A DNA stretch of 64,000 bases from an uncultured Verrucomicrobiota bacterium. GTDB lineage: Bacteria > Verrucomicrobiota > Verrucomicrobiia > Limisphaerales > UBA1412. Of this stretch, positions 38,824 through 49,300 are shown piece by piece; position 1 is the stretch's first letter, and each line of letters begins with the position of its first letter. Under the pieces are notes generated by a model. It did no database searches and was not told where the DNA came from. It worked only from the letters and a program-made list of their open reading frames with translations. The stretch is from NCBI GenBank assembly GCA_944389455.1, contig CALXMK010000008.1, forward strand, positions 26,963 to 90,962, in the 5' to 3' direction. The position numbers and the translations under genes were made by a program.

Positions 38824-40251
38824 ATGGATTCTGTACTGAAAACCAAAGGCTTATACGAACATTTTCTCCGCAAAGGAAAACTGAATACCAGAACAACCCA
38901 TTACTGCGCAGGATGCGGTCATGGCATTGTCCATAAATTAATAGGCGAAGCTATGGTTGAACTTGGCATTCAGGATCAAACCATTTTTATCAGTCCGGTC
39001 GGCTGCGTGGTATTTGGTTATTATTACATGGACTGTGGCAATATCCAAGTCGCACATGGCCGAGCTCCGGCAGTGGGCACAGGCATCAGTAGAACGCTGA
39101 AAGATAAAGTTGTTATCAGCTATCAAGGAGATGGGGATCTGGCGGCCATCGGTTTCAACTCCACATTCCAAGCAGCCAATCGAGGTGAGAATATCGCCGT
39201 TTTCTTTATCAATAACGCTATTTATGGAATGACTGGCGGACAGATGGCTCCCACTACTCTAATAGGACAAAAAACAACCACATCCCCTTGGGGGAGAGAT
39301 CCGTTAACCGCTGGATATCCTGTTCATGTATGTGAAATTTTAAATCAGCTTAAGGCCCCTATCTATATAGAAAGAGTTTCCGTCGCTGACTCCTCTCGTA
39401 TTGTGAAAGCACGTCATGCTATTCGAAAGGCACTTCAAATCCAACGGGATCGAAAAGGCTATAGCTTTGTCGAAATCATTGCTCCCTGCCCTACCAATAC
39501 AAAGGGAAGTTCTTTGGATGCAATGCGCTTCTGCATAGAGCAGATGGAAAAAGAATATCCTCTAGGTTGTTTAAGAGATCGCTCTGCAGAGTCACTTTCT
39601 TATCCTCCCCATCCGCAGAGAATAAACGCTCATGATTTCTTCCCATTAATGTCAGACAACATAGAGAATTCTCTAATCTCTACACCCGAAGCCTGCCCTA
39701 TAAGACGATTCAAGTTTTCCGGCTTCGGAGGACAAGGTATTCTAAGTTTAGGGCTTATCGTTGCCAAAGCTGCACAAAGTCAAGGCAAGTTTGTCTCTTG
39801 GCTTCCATCCTATGGACCAGAACAAAGAGGTGGTGCAGCAGCTTGTTCTGTGATTATAAGTGATAAAAATATTGGTTCTCCCCTCGTAAATACCCCGGAT
39901 ATTTTAGTCACTATGAATCAGCCCTCTTATGAAAGATTTGCTCCTTCTATTGCAGAAAATGGAACTATCATCTATGACTCTCATATCCCAAACAAAATCT
40001 CCATTCCATCTAAGAGTGGAATTCGCCAAATCAGCTTCCCTGCAATGGAATTAGCCAATCAACATCAATCACCAAAATCAGCCAATACAGCCCTGTTAGG
40101 AGCTATTACCGAACTACGACTAATTCCTGTTCACAAAGAAGTCGTTATTGCTTTTCTTAAACAAAGCTTTAAATCAAAAAAGAATCTAGTAGAAAAAAAC
40201 CTGGAAATCTTCCATGCCGCATCACAATGGGTGAAGGAGCATAATCTTTAG
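38824..40251 (+). CDS. korB: 2-oxoacid:ferredoxin oxidoreductase beta subunit fused to gamma subunit
   Basis: N-terminal ThDP-binding beta part (YCAGCGHG, SYQGDGDLAAIG). The C-terminal ~190 aa is a gamma-type domain (FSGFGGQGILSLG). Confidence 0.8.
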   Translation: MDSVLKTKGLYEHFLRKGKLNTRTTHYCAGCGHGIVHKLIGEAMVELGIQDQTIFISPVGCVVFGYYYMDCGNIQVAHGRAPAVGTGISRTLKDKVVISYQGDGDLAAIGFNSTFQAANRGENIAVFFINNAIYGMTGGQMAPTTLIGQKTTTSPWGRDPLTAGYPVHVCEILNQLKAPIYIERVSVADSSRIVKARHAIRKALQIQRDRKGYSFVEIIAPCPTNTKGSSLDAMRFCIEQMEKEYPLGCLRDRSAESLSYPPHPQRINAHDFFPLMSDNIENSLISTPEACPIRRFKFSGFGGQGILSLGLIVAKAAQSQGKFVSWLPSYGPEQRGGAAACSVIISDKNIGSPLVNTPDILVTMNQPSYERFAPSIAENGTIIYDSHIPNKISIPSKSGIRQISFPAMELANQHQSPKSANTALLGAITELRLIPVHKEVVIAFLKQSFKSKKNLVEKNLEIFHAASQWVKEHNL

Positions 40252-40265
40252 AACATATTTTATCA

Positions 40266-43091
40266 ATGGATTACAAGAAATCACTAAACTTACCCAAAAC
40301 AGCCTTTCCAATGAAGGCTGATTTACTCAAACGCGAACCTAAACACTTGCAACAATGGCAAGAGGAAAATCTGTATTCCAAGATACAAGAATCCCGCAAA
40401 GATTCCCCACGCTATATTTTGCATGACGGCCCTCCCTTCGCCAATGGCGATGTTCATATTGGGACTGCTCTGAATAAAATATTAAAAGACATTATTATAC
40501 GCTATAAAACTTTGACTGGCTACAACGCACCTTATGTTCCAGGATGGGACTGTCACGGTCTTCCTATCGAATATAAAGTAATGCAGGAATTCCGCAAAAA
40601 AGTCAAAGATGAATCAGAGATAACTCCTGCTGCTATTCGGACGGAATGTGAAGCTTATGCCAGGAAATACATTGATATTCAGCGGAATCAATTTAAAAGG
40701 CTGGGCATATTAGGAGATTGGGAACATCCCTATTTGACTCTTCTGCCTGAATCCGAAGCAACCGAGCTACGACTCTTTGCAAAAATTGTAGAAAAAAATT
40801 TCGTTTATCGCGGGAAAAAACCGGTCTATTGGAGTATTCCCTGCCGGACGGCACTTGCAGAAGCTGAAGTCGAATACAAAGATCATATCAGCCAAAGTAT
40901 CTTTGTAAAATTCCCTATTGAAGGCAGGAATAAGACATATGTTGTTATTTGGACTACAACACCCTGGACATTACCTGCTAATTTAGCTATTGCCTATAAT
41001 CCCAAGATGGATTACACCGAGGTTCTTGTCAATGGTGAAACATATCTTGTCGCAGTCGCTCTCCTGAGCATGGTTGCAGAAAAATGTTCCTGGAATAATT
41101 ACCAGATTATCCGCACTGTACATGGTGAACAACTTAGCCAAATTATCTGCCGTCATCCTTTCTGTAATCGCCAAGCTAATTTATATCCTGCTGATTTTGT
41201 CGAAGCAACGACCGGTTCAGGCTTTGTACATATTGCTCCTGGCCATGGTATGGACGACTATCTACTTGGACTTCAAAACGGATTACCTATTTATTCTCCT
41301 GTTGATGATGCCGGCTGCTTAACTTTAACCTCTGATCTGCCTTCCGAACAACAAATGCCGAAAGCCTTAATCGGTCTCCCGATTTTGGAAAAAGCAGGAA
41401 AATCCATGGCCAATGAAGGGGTGTTAACCATCCTTCGTGAAAAAGATCTATTACTTGGCTTGGAAGAATATTCTCACTCTTATCCTCATTGCTGGAGGAG
41501 TAAAACTCCTGTTATATTTCGTGCCATGGATCAATGGTTTATTAAAATCGACCATGAACAATTCCGCGAAAAAGCACTCCAAGCAATCGATACCGTTAAA
41601 TGGATTCCAGAATGGGGCAAAAACCGAATTGATGGAGCTGTAAAGACTCGCCCCGATTGGTGTATTTCCAGACAACGGACTTGGGGCGTTCCTATTCCTG
41701 CTTTCTACGATGAAAAATCGAATCCCATTTTGGAACCTGACATCATTCGGGCGGTAGCAGATCTTGTTGAAAAACACGGCTCTAATATCTGGTTTGAAAA
41801 AACCGCGGAAGAACTCTGGAAGTTAGTCCGTCCGGCTAATTGGAACAAACCAGAAGCTATTAAAAAGGCAACAGATACCCTTGATGTTTGGATTGATTCT
41901 GGTTCTACCTCTCATACCGTTTTGATGCGTCGTCCTGAACTATCGCACCTGCCAACCCAGCCATCTCCCCACTGGATAGCAGATATCTATCTGGAAGGAA
42001 GTGACCAACACCGTGGATGGTTCCAATCTTCATTGCTCCTGACATTGGCAGCAACAGGCTATCCCCCCTATAAAACAGTCCTTACACACGGTTTTATGGT
42101 GGATGCTGATAGAGAGAAGATTTCTAAAAGCAAACAAGGAGGGTATCAGAAACCTCAGACTTCCGAAGCTTATATCAATCAGTACGGCGCTGATGTTGTC
42201 CGTCTCTGGGTTGCATCGCAGGACTTCAGAAATGATATTGTGGTCAGCGAAGAACGAATCAGCAAGGTAGGAGAAACTTACCGGGCTATTCGTAACGCAC
42301 TGCGTTATCAATTGTCTAATTTGGATGATTTTAATCCATCTCTCCACAGTGTTCCCTTTGAAAATTTGACTCCTCTGGACCGCTGGATATTAGATGCCTT
42401 TGCAAAAATGGAGAAAGAAGTCCTTTCTGCCTATGAACGTGCTGAGTTTCATCTCGTCTATCAAAAGATCAGTCAATTCATCGCTCTGGAATTATCTGCT
42501 ATTTATCATGATACCATTAAAGATAGAATGTATACAGATAAAGCCGATTCTATTCGCAGACGTTCTACTCAGACCACTCTGCATCACTTGGTTTCACAAT
42601 TATGTATCCTTCTTTCACCGATACTAGCCTTTACGGCTGATGAAGCCTGGAGATATATTCCTGGCAACCAAGATAAAGGAGCTGTTCAACTGGCTTTACT
42701 CAAACCAACCCCCTATACTCTCTCCGAAGAAGAAAGTCAACTCTGGACTAAGCTCTTTGCACTGAGAGAAGTAGCACTTGGACATCTTGAAAAAGCACGT
42801 CAAGCCAAGATTATCGGTAAGTCTCTGGAAGGCAAAATGAATATCATCGGGCATCCAAATCAAATTCCAAATTCTCCTGAAAGTCTGGAACTCCTTAGAG
42901 AATTGCTGAATTTAAGCCAACTAAATATTTCTGCCAACAAAGATCTTGCGGATGAACTCTCTACCGTCGAATTCCAAGTTGCACCTGCTGAAGGACAAAA
43001 ATGTGCCCGCTGCTGGCACTATGAACTCTCTGTCGGCAATTCCGCCCAGCATCCAGACCTGTGTGAACGATGTGTTCATGCGGTAGAATAA
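40266..43091 (+). CDS. ileS: isoleucyl-tRNA synthetase (type 1, C-terminal zinc finger)
   Basis: 941 aa with HIGH-type PFANGDVHIGT, KMSKS-type KISKSK, and C-terminal CARCWHY...CERC. Confidence 0.97.
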   Translation: MDYKKSLNLPKTAFPMKADLLKREPKHLQQWQEENLYSKIQESRKDSPRYILHDGPPFANGDVHIGTALNKILKDIIIRYKTLTGYNAPYVPGWDCHGLPIEYKVMQEFRKKVKDESEITPAAIRTECEAYARKYIDIQRNQFKRLGILGDWEHPYLTLLPESEATELRLFAKIVEKNFVYRGKKPVYWSIPCRTALAEAEVEYKDHISQSIFVKFPIEGRNKTYVVIWTTTPWTLPANLAIAYNPKMDYTEVLVNGETYLVAVALLSMVAEKCSWNNYQIIRTVHGEQLSQIICRHPFCNRQANLYPADFVEATTGSGFVHIAPGHGMDDYLLGLQNGLPIYSPVDDAGCLTLTSDLPSEQQMPKALIGLPILEKAGKSMANEGVLTILREKDLLLGLEEYSHSYPHCWRSKTPVIFRAMDQWFIKIDHEQFREKALQAIDTVKWIPEWGKNRIDGAVKTRPDWCISRQRTWGVPIPAFYDEKSNPILEPDIIRAVADLVEKHGSNIWFEKTAEELWKLVRPANWNKPEAIKKATDTLDVWIDSGSTSHTVLMRRPELSHLPTQPSPHWIADIYLEGSDQHRGWFQSSLLLTLAATGYPPYKTVLTHGFMVDADREKISKSKQGGYQKPQTSEAYINQYGADVVRLWVASQDFRNDIVVSEERISKVGETYRAIRNALRYQLSNLDDFNPSLHSVPFENLTPLDRWILDAFAKMEKEVLSAYERAEFHLVYQKISQFIALELSAIYHDTIKDRMYTDKADSIRRRSTQTTLHHLVSQLCILLSPILAFTADEAWRYIPGNQDKGAVQLALLKPTPYTLSEEESQLWTKLFALREVALGHLEKARQAKIIGKSLEGKMNIIGHPNQIPNSPESLELLRELLNLSQLNISANKDLADELSTVEFQVAPAEGQKCARCWHYELSVGNSAQHPDLCERCVHAVE

Positions 43092-43158
43092 CATATATAA
43101 TCTAAACATATTAGAGCGGAAGGAAAGTTTGATATTTTCCTCCGCTTTATTTCATTTT

Positions 43159-44475
43159 ATGTCTGATCCTTGCTCATATTCGAAAGAAGACTATAATCAA
43201 TCAATAGAATATCTTTATAACCTTCAGGTATTTGGTTCTAAATTAGGATTAACTAATATAAAAAAACTTTGCTCCATGTATAATTCACCTGAAAAAAAGC
43301 TCTCTTTTATACATGTTGCGGGCACAAATGGAAAAGGATCCGTCTGCGCAATGCTTGAGAGCATCTATCGCCAAGCTGGATATAAAACAGGATTATTTAC
43401 TTCTCCTCACCTCATTTACTTTGGAGAACGCATCCAAATTAATGGAATCCCTATAAAACAAGAAACGATTATTTCTCTTATCAAAAGAATCAAACCTGTT
43501 TTAGCTCAATTTCCCAAAGAATCCCATCCAACTTTTTTTGAAGTTATTACCCTAATGGGATTTCTCTATTTTGCTGAACAGCAATGTGATATCGTAATTT
43601 TAGAAACCGGATTAGGTGGACGTTTAGATTCTACTAACATTATTACTCCACAAGTTTCCCTTATTACAAATATTGATTTGGAACACCAACAATATTTAGG
43701 GAATACACTCTCACTTATTGCAAAAGAAAAAGCTGGCATCATTAAACACAAAGTACCGATAATTACTGCCGAAACTAAACCAGAACCTCTTGCTGTCATT
43801 CGGCAAATCGCATCAGAAAAAGAAGCCCCTTTCTATGAATCAAACTACCAAGATAATTCCTTCATTCCTGCAATAGATACTCTGAGCTCTCTTACTAAAG
43901 TTCCCTATCAAAGGCAAAATATCGGCTTGGTTCTGAAAACAGTCACTGTCCTTCAAAAAAAATTCCCAGTTGATAAGACTTCCATTTCTAAAGGACTTTC
44001 TCTTGTCAAATGGCCTGGCAGATTTCAAATTTTTACCCTAGGACATCAGACTTTTATTATTGATGGCGCACATAACCTTTCTGGATTTAAAGCGCTCACT
44101 AATTCCCTAAAAACGCGATTTTCTCAAAAACCATTTACCATTATTGGCGTTCTCGCAGATAAAAACTGGTCTGACATTTGTAGTCAGCTCATTCCCTATT
44201 CTTCCGGCTTCATTACAATTCCAGTTCAAAGCCCACGAACACTTCCGGCTGAAACACTTGCAAATGAATTAAAAAAGCAGGCACCTGCAAAAATGAATAT
44301 CTCAGCTGAAAAAACACTTCCAAAGGCCTTATCCAAAACCAAACAAGAGCCACTTATTCTCATCTGCGGATCTCTATATCTTATAGGTGAATCATTAAAA
44401 TATCTTCAAGAAAACCTCTTATCTCCCCATCCGCTGGAGCAGAAGCTAAATGATTGGAAAATGATTTCATCCTAA
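43159..44475 (+). CDS. folC: folylpolyglutamate synthase / dihydrofolate synthase
   Basis: Mur-ligase P-loop HVAGTNGKGS. I prefer the ATG at 43159; the track ORF opens at 43129. Confidence 0.85.
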   Translation: MSDPCSYSKEDYNQSIEYLYNLQVFGSKLGLTNIKKLCSMYNSPEKKLSFIHVAGTNGKGSVCAMLESIYRQAGYKTGLFTSPHLIYFGERIQINGIPIKQETIISLIKRIKPVLAQFPKESHPTFFEVITLMGFLYFAEQQCDIVILETGLGGRLDSTNIITPQVSLITNIDLEHQQYLGNTLSLIAKEKAGIIKHKVPIITAETKPEPLAVIRQIASEKEAPFYESNYQDNSFIPAIDTLSSLTKVPYQRQNIGLVLKTVTVLQKKFPVDKTSISKGLSLVKWPGRFQIFTLGHQTFIIDGAHNLSGFKALTNSLKTRFSQKPFTIIGVLADKNWSDICSQLIPYSSGFITIPVQSPRTLPAETLANELKKQAPAKMNISAEKTLPKALSKTKQEPLILICGSLYLIGESLKYLQENLLSPHPLEQKLNDWKMISS

Positions 44476-46940
44476 AAACAAATCTCCTGATCATTTGAAA
44501 TAATAAAACTATTCTCCTGACTCAAAGTAATTTTTATTGTTCCATCCTCTCCTGTTACAAAAACCTTGAACCCTTTATCTTCGACCTCAGGATTTAAGTT
44601 TTCAGGTTTCCATACAGACTCTATAAGAATAACCTTTGGCGAACAAGCATCTAAAAAACCTGTTCGGAAAGCATACTCATAGTTGGATTTTCCACAAACG
44701 AGGACATCACATTTCAAATTCTCCTCTCTCTCCAAAAGACGTTCCTGTCCTTCAGGATCCAAATCTGAGATGAATAAAACACTTTTACCATATTTTCTTA
44801 ACATTAATACAATAGCCTGCTGATCTGCTCTTGTAAAATCTGTATCTTGAACGGAAGGATGTAATACCTTCATCTCCTCATCAATCTCATCTCCTCTCTC
44901 TAAAGCAGAACCTTCTTTGACTGATTGCCATCTTCTCATATAAGGTGAACGGCTTTTAAGAGGATTAAAATAAATCTTCTTAGGGGATAAGTGCTCAAAA
45001 ATTATCTGCATTCCTTTCAAGTGAGCAGCATCTCCATGGGTCAAAATCACGGCATTCAATTCCTCTGGTGGAGTAATCACTCTCCTCAGATATGGAGTTA
45101 ATCTATTTTGAACAAACCATTCACTACCGGTATCAATGAGATAATTTCTCCTTTTCCCCTTATCTTTCACATAAATACAACTTCCATCTTGTGCATTAAA
45201 GACCGTAATTGTTAAATTTTTTTCTCCACCCAAGAATAAGAATGGTAATAAAATCAGCAGAAAAGAGATTCCTGCACATAAATAACAATAAGTTTTTTTA
45301 AGAAAAAAGATCCCAAAAAGACTTATCAACCCTACATAATAGGAAAACCAACACCAAGTCTGCCAATTATAAAAATGGATATAGGAATAAGGCAGCTTCT
45401 CTGCTTCCCTACAAATCCACTCCATAAAAAATAAAAGTATCCACGCCACATTATTTATTAATTCGCAAAGCCATGGAAACAATATCCCAACTGCAATTGA
45501 AAACAAAGAGAGTGCCTGGATCGGAAACATCAAAGGTACTACAATGATATTAACAGGAATTCCTATTATTGAAATCATCTGAAAATAATAAACACATAAC
45601 GGCAAAGAAGCTAACCAACCTATCACTGACACATAAACATCAGATAAAATGCCAATTAAACAAACACGCTGAAACTTCATTCTCGATGTAATAAATTCCT
45701 TTGGCAAAAAAGGATCATAATCCAAGGATTGTGATGTAAACCGAATTACCGTATCAGCAGCTAAAATAATGAAGAGAGTCACAATAAACGATAATTGGAA
45801 ACTTGTTTGAAAAAGCTGTATAGGCTCCCAACTTAAAAGAAGGAAAAGAGCGACTCCTAATGAATTCAGCAACTGTGGTGGGCGATGAAACAACTGACTT
45901 ACCAAAATTATTCCCAGCATAATTGCCGCCCGAGTTGAAGGGGGATCAGCCCCCACCAAAATCGTATAAAAACAGATAAATAATAAAACAAATGTAATAT
46001 TGAGTTTACGTGGCAATCGGCAAATACTAAAAAAACCGATTAGCAAAGATGCAATAATCGCTACATTGGCTCCGCTAAACGCAAAAAGATGCATTGTCCC
46101 AGCATTGATAAAAACCTCCCTAAACTCGGATCTTAAAGCATCTCTTTTCCCTAAAGTCATTGCTTGAAACATCCCTATATAAGGATCATCTTCCGAATAA
46201 CCATGAGCTAATTGCCTAGCTGAATAAAGACGCAATCGTGCTGCAAAATTTTTAATTAAACTCAAAAAATTATGATTTAACCCAATGTAATTCCAATCCT
46301 GTTTTCCTTCAGTCGCCAGCACATAATAGACATTTTGAGAATGAAGATATTTCCGATAATTGAACTCATCGGGAACATTAGATTGACTAGGCAGTTTAAT
46401 TACTCCTTCAACTTTAACCAAAGCACCTGCAGTAAAATTTTCCGGCAAAATTTCAGGACAACTGACTTGCAATTCCCCTTCTGCACTAATAAATTCCTCT
46501 CCATTAGAAAAAGATATCTCTTTTATAGAAAGCTTGTTTCTCCAATCTTTTCGATAATTTAAATTGATACTGTCATATTGGTATATCGTAGGACTTTCTA
46601 ATAGTTCCCCTTTTACAATAGCAACAAGCTCTGTTTTTTCTCCCATCTGAGCGCGAATATCAGATGGAGATATCTTAATTACAGTAAAATAAACCAACAC
46701 TCCTCCCCATAAAAAAGCCGCACAACACCATAACAACGCATTTAAACGACTTGGAGCTCTTCTGACCGAACGATTACTCTCGACAATCAAAGTTGCCGAC
46801 AGTATCAAAAAAACAGCCGGCACACAGATCAACTCAATGTACCAGCTGTTTAAATTTTCAGCATAAACATATGAGGCTATAACACCCATTATTTGCGCCA
46901 AAGAGACACATAAAAATGGATATTTCAGCCATAATATCAT
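44472..46940 (-). CDS. comEC: DNA internalisation competence protein ComEC/Rec2 with C-terminal metallo-beta-lactamase domain
   Basis: 822 aa. It has an N-terminal DUF4131-like TM region, a polytopic competence domain, and a C-terminal MBL motif ILTHGDAAH. Confidence 0.85.
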   Translation of the reverse strand: MILWLKYPFLCVSLAQIMGVIASYVYAENLNSWYIELICVPAVFLILSATLIVESNRSVRRAPSRLNALLWCCAAFLWGGVLVYFTVIKISPSDIRAQMGEKTELVAIVKGELLESPTIYQYDSINLNYRKDWRNKLSIKEISFSNGEEFISAEGELQVSCPEILPENFTAGALVKVEGVIKLPSQSNVPDEFNYRKYLHSQNVYYVLATEGKQDWNYIGLNHNFLSLIKNFAARLRLYSARQLAHGYSEDDPYIGMFQAMTLGKRDALRSEFREVFINAGTMHLFAFSGANVAIIASLLIGFFSICRLPRKLNITFVLLFICFYTILVGADPPSTRAAIMLGIILVSQLFHRPPQLLNSLGVALFLLLSWEPIQLFQTSFQLSFIVTLFIILAADTVIRFTSQSLDYDPFLPKEFITSRMKFQRVCLIGILSDVYVSVIGWLASLPLCVYYFQMISIIGIPVNIIVVPLMFPIQALSLFSIAVGILFPWLCELINNVAWILLFFMEWICREAEKLPYSYIHFYNWQTWCWFSYYVGLISLFGIFFLKKTYCYLCAGISFLLILLPFLFLGGEKNLTITVFNAQDGSCIYVKDKGKRRNYLIDTGSEWFVQNRLTPYLRRVITPPEELNAVILTHGDAAHLKGMQIIFEHLSPKKIYFNPLKSRSPYMRRWQSVKEGSALERGDEIDEEMKVLHPSVQDTDFTRADQQAIVLMLRKYGKSVLFISDLDPEGQERLLEREENLKCDVLVCGKSNYEYAFRTGFLDACSPKVILIESVWKPENLNPEVEDKGFKVFVTGEDGTIKITLSQENSFIISNDQEICF

Positions 46941-46945
46941 TTATA

Positions 46946-47437
46946 TCACGTCTTCTTTTTATGGTTTTCCGATTCTAGAAAATAGGCAATGACCCACATC
47001 AAACCTATTGCCAGCAAAACCCCAAATGAATCAATCATCACATCACTAAGACAGCCATTACGATGCTTTGTCAACGACTGATGATACTCATCTGTCGCTG
47101 CATACCCACAACAAATCAAAAAAGTCAATATCGCCATTCTGTACGACCATAGTCGATGCAGCCCTACGATTCCAGAATGGACCAACCCATGAAATACAAA
47201 TGAGCCTAATATCATATACTCAACAACGTGGCAAGTCTTTCTGAGATAAAATACTATCTCTGACAATTGCTCACTTGATAAAGGCGGAAAACAATCTTTT
47301 AAAAAGTTTATCACTTTTATATTCATATTGTTTCCACCCACTTCATCTGTACTCCCTAAGAAAATAAACAAGCACCATAAACCTGCAGGAAACCAGGCAA
47401 TAAACTGTACTTTGAAAAAAGAGAGGAACTTTCCCAT
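46946..47437 (-). CDS. VanZ-like membrane protein
   Basis: 4 TM segments and the motif ATDEYHQSL...SDVMIDSFGVLLA. I prefer the internal Met at 47437, which avoids overlap with the upstream gene. Confidence 0.6.
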   Translation of the reverse strand: MGKFLSFFKVQFIAWFPAGLWCLFIFLGSTDEVGGNNMNIKVINFLKDCFPPLSSEQLSEIVFYLRKTCHVVEYMILGSFVFHGLVHSGIVGLHRLWSYRMAILTFLICCGYAATDEYHQSLTKHRNGCLSDVMIDSFGVLLAIGLMWVIAYFLESENHKKKT

Positions 47438-47441
47438 AAAA

Positions 47442-49289
47442 CTAATTTTCTGCAGAATGCAATCCTCCTGCACCCGCTTTAAATTTTAAATTAGTCAAAT
47501 TTGAATTCATTTTATCTGGCTTAGCGCAATTCCAAAAACAGGCTCCGCAGTGAACACACTTTTCTCGGTCAAAAGCAGGCAATCCATCCTCTCCTGGGTA
47601 AATAGCCTGGCCTGAACAAATTTCAATACATATCTTAGAATCACAGCTTTTACATAGTTCCTTATCGCTAAATACAACATGATTTGCGAATCCTGGCATA
47701 GCCTGTACTTTTCCGCCCATCAATAACGCATCCTGATGAGATATCAAAAGCTGACCATCATATTCAATAGGAGGCCAACCGCATTTTTCCATCAAAACAT
47801 CATTAGAATAAACACCTTTTTGAGCACAATTTTGGCGAATCTCCTCTACCTCTTTTGCTGAGAGTCTCCCTCTAAAGTATTCTTCTACACTAGGCAAACG
47901 CTCCCACGGTTTTTTATGTGTTCCAGGAATATGAAACAATCCTTTTGTCATTCCACAAATTCCCATCCCCAAAAGCCCTGAAATGAACCCACGATGAAAA
48001 CCATCTCTCGACTTCTCTGCTATCTGAGATTCTTTATCCAAAAGGCTATTGCGCCGACGAGCTAGATATGTTTTTTCCAAATTTTCCTTGGTAAAATCCT
48101 TGCCATCTTTAAACAATTCAAACACAGATTCTGCCAACATGACTCCTGTTTCCCAAGCTTCATCCACGCCTGAGCCAGTAAGCACATTGGTCGAACCGCT
48201 CCCCTCACCAATTCGGGCATAACCATTTCCAACCAGATAAGGCTCTCCTCTCCGTCCAGACTCCTGCAAAGTCTTTGCCCCCCAAGAACGCAACTTCGCC
48301 CCTTTTAGATATTTCCAAAGAGCAGGATGTTTCATCCAATACTGCAAATAACGATACGCCGTTCGCACCGGTGTATCCATCCAAGTCGGAATAAATATAC
48401 CAAAAGAGGCAATATTATCCGGATGAACATACATAAAACCAAAAATCTCTGGCTCCGGATAACCAAAAGTGTGCAAAACCATTCCAGACTTGAGAGGAGT
48501 ATCTGATGGCAAATCAACCACCATCTTCATTCCTACAGCCCAATCATTTTGCTCATGACCTGGAGGCATCCCAAACAATTCATCCAATTGGCGTCCAACA
48601 GCCCCTACTGGTCCATCCCCCACAACTGTCAATGCTGCATGAACCTCCATTCCTGGCATATAACTTTCGGTTGGATTTCCATTCAAATCCACTCCTTGAT
48701 CAGACAACTGAACTCCGACTACAGCTCCATCTTTCAGAATAGCTTTTTCCACCGGTGTACTAGGCCAAATTTGAACCATTCCACTTTCCATAACCTTACT
48801 GGCAACCCATTGATTAAATTGTCCGATGGAAAAAACATATCCATCTTTCTTCAAAAATGGAGGAATCCAAGGCAATTCAAAAGAATAATCTTTATACCAA
48901 GGTAATATTTTCCCAAAATTTTTTAGAAAGAAATCTCCGATTTTCAAACATACGCAGCGTCGACTCGCACCATGAGGATCCAGCAGATACAACACCTGCT
49001 CTTTCTTAACCTCCGCAGCCATCGGAATCTGTAATAACTCTTCCTTTGAGAGGGTGTTTTGAATAAATTTTCCCTGTGTAACAACACCTGATACTCCGAC
49101 TGAAGTATCATCTGCTCTTTCATAGCAAATAATTTGCAACGGCATCCCTGGCATTACACGACTTTCAAGGGTAGGAGAACCATCTTCCTTGAGCAACTTA
49201 CTATTTAGTGTTGTTAAAAATCCACCCATAGCCGGGCCAAAACCCGCACAGGCAATATCGACATCTAATCTTTGACGCTCTGTTGTCAT
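47442..49289 (-). CDS. electron-transfer flavoprotein:quinone oxidoreductase-like flavoprotein (FixC-like plus ferredoxin-like C-terminus)
   Basis: 615 aa. N-terminal dinucleotide-binding-like segment (DIACAGFGPAMGG) and a C-terminal Cys cluster (CKSCDSKICIEIC..., CVHCGACFWNC). Confidence 0.6.
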   Translation of the reverse strand: MTTERQRLDVDIACAGFGPAMGGFLTTLNSKLLKEDGSPTLESRVMPGMPLQIICYERADDTSVGVSGVVTQGKFIQNTLSKEELLQIPMAAEVKKEQVLYLLDPHGASRRCVCLKIGDFFLKNFGKILPWYKDYSFELPWIPPFLKKDGYVFSIGQFNQWVASKVMESGMVQIWPSTPVEKAILKDGAVVGVQLSDQGVDLNGNPTESYMPGMEVHAALTVVGDGPVGAVGRQLDELFGMPPGHEQNDWAVGMKMVVDLPSDTPLKSGMVLHTFGYPEPEIFGFMYVHPDNIASFGIFIPTWMDTPVRTAYRYLQYWMKHPALWKYLKGAKLRSWGAKTLQESGRRGEPYLVGNGYARIGEGSGSTNVLTGSGVDEAWETGVMLAESVFELFKDGKDFTKENLEKTYLARRRNSLLDKESQIAEKSRDGFHRGFISGLLGMGICGMTKGLFHIPGTHKKPWERLPSVEEYFRGRLSAKEVEEIRQNCAQKGVYSNDVLMEKCGWPPIEYDGQLLISHQDALLMGGKVQAMPGFANHVVFSDKELCKSCDSKICIEICSGQAIYPGEDGLPAFDREKCVHCGACFWNCAKPDKMNSNLTNLKFKAGAGGLHSAEN

Positions 49290-49300
49290 GATAATTTCTA

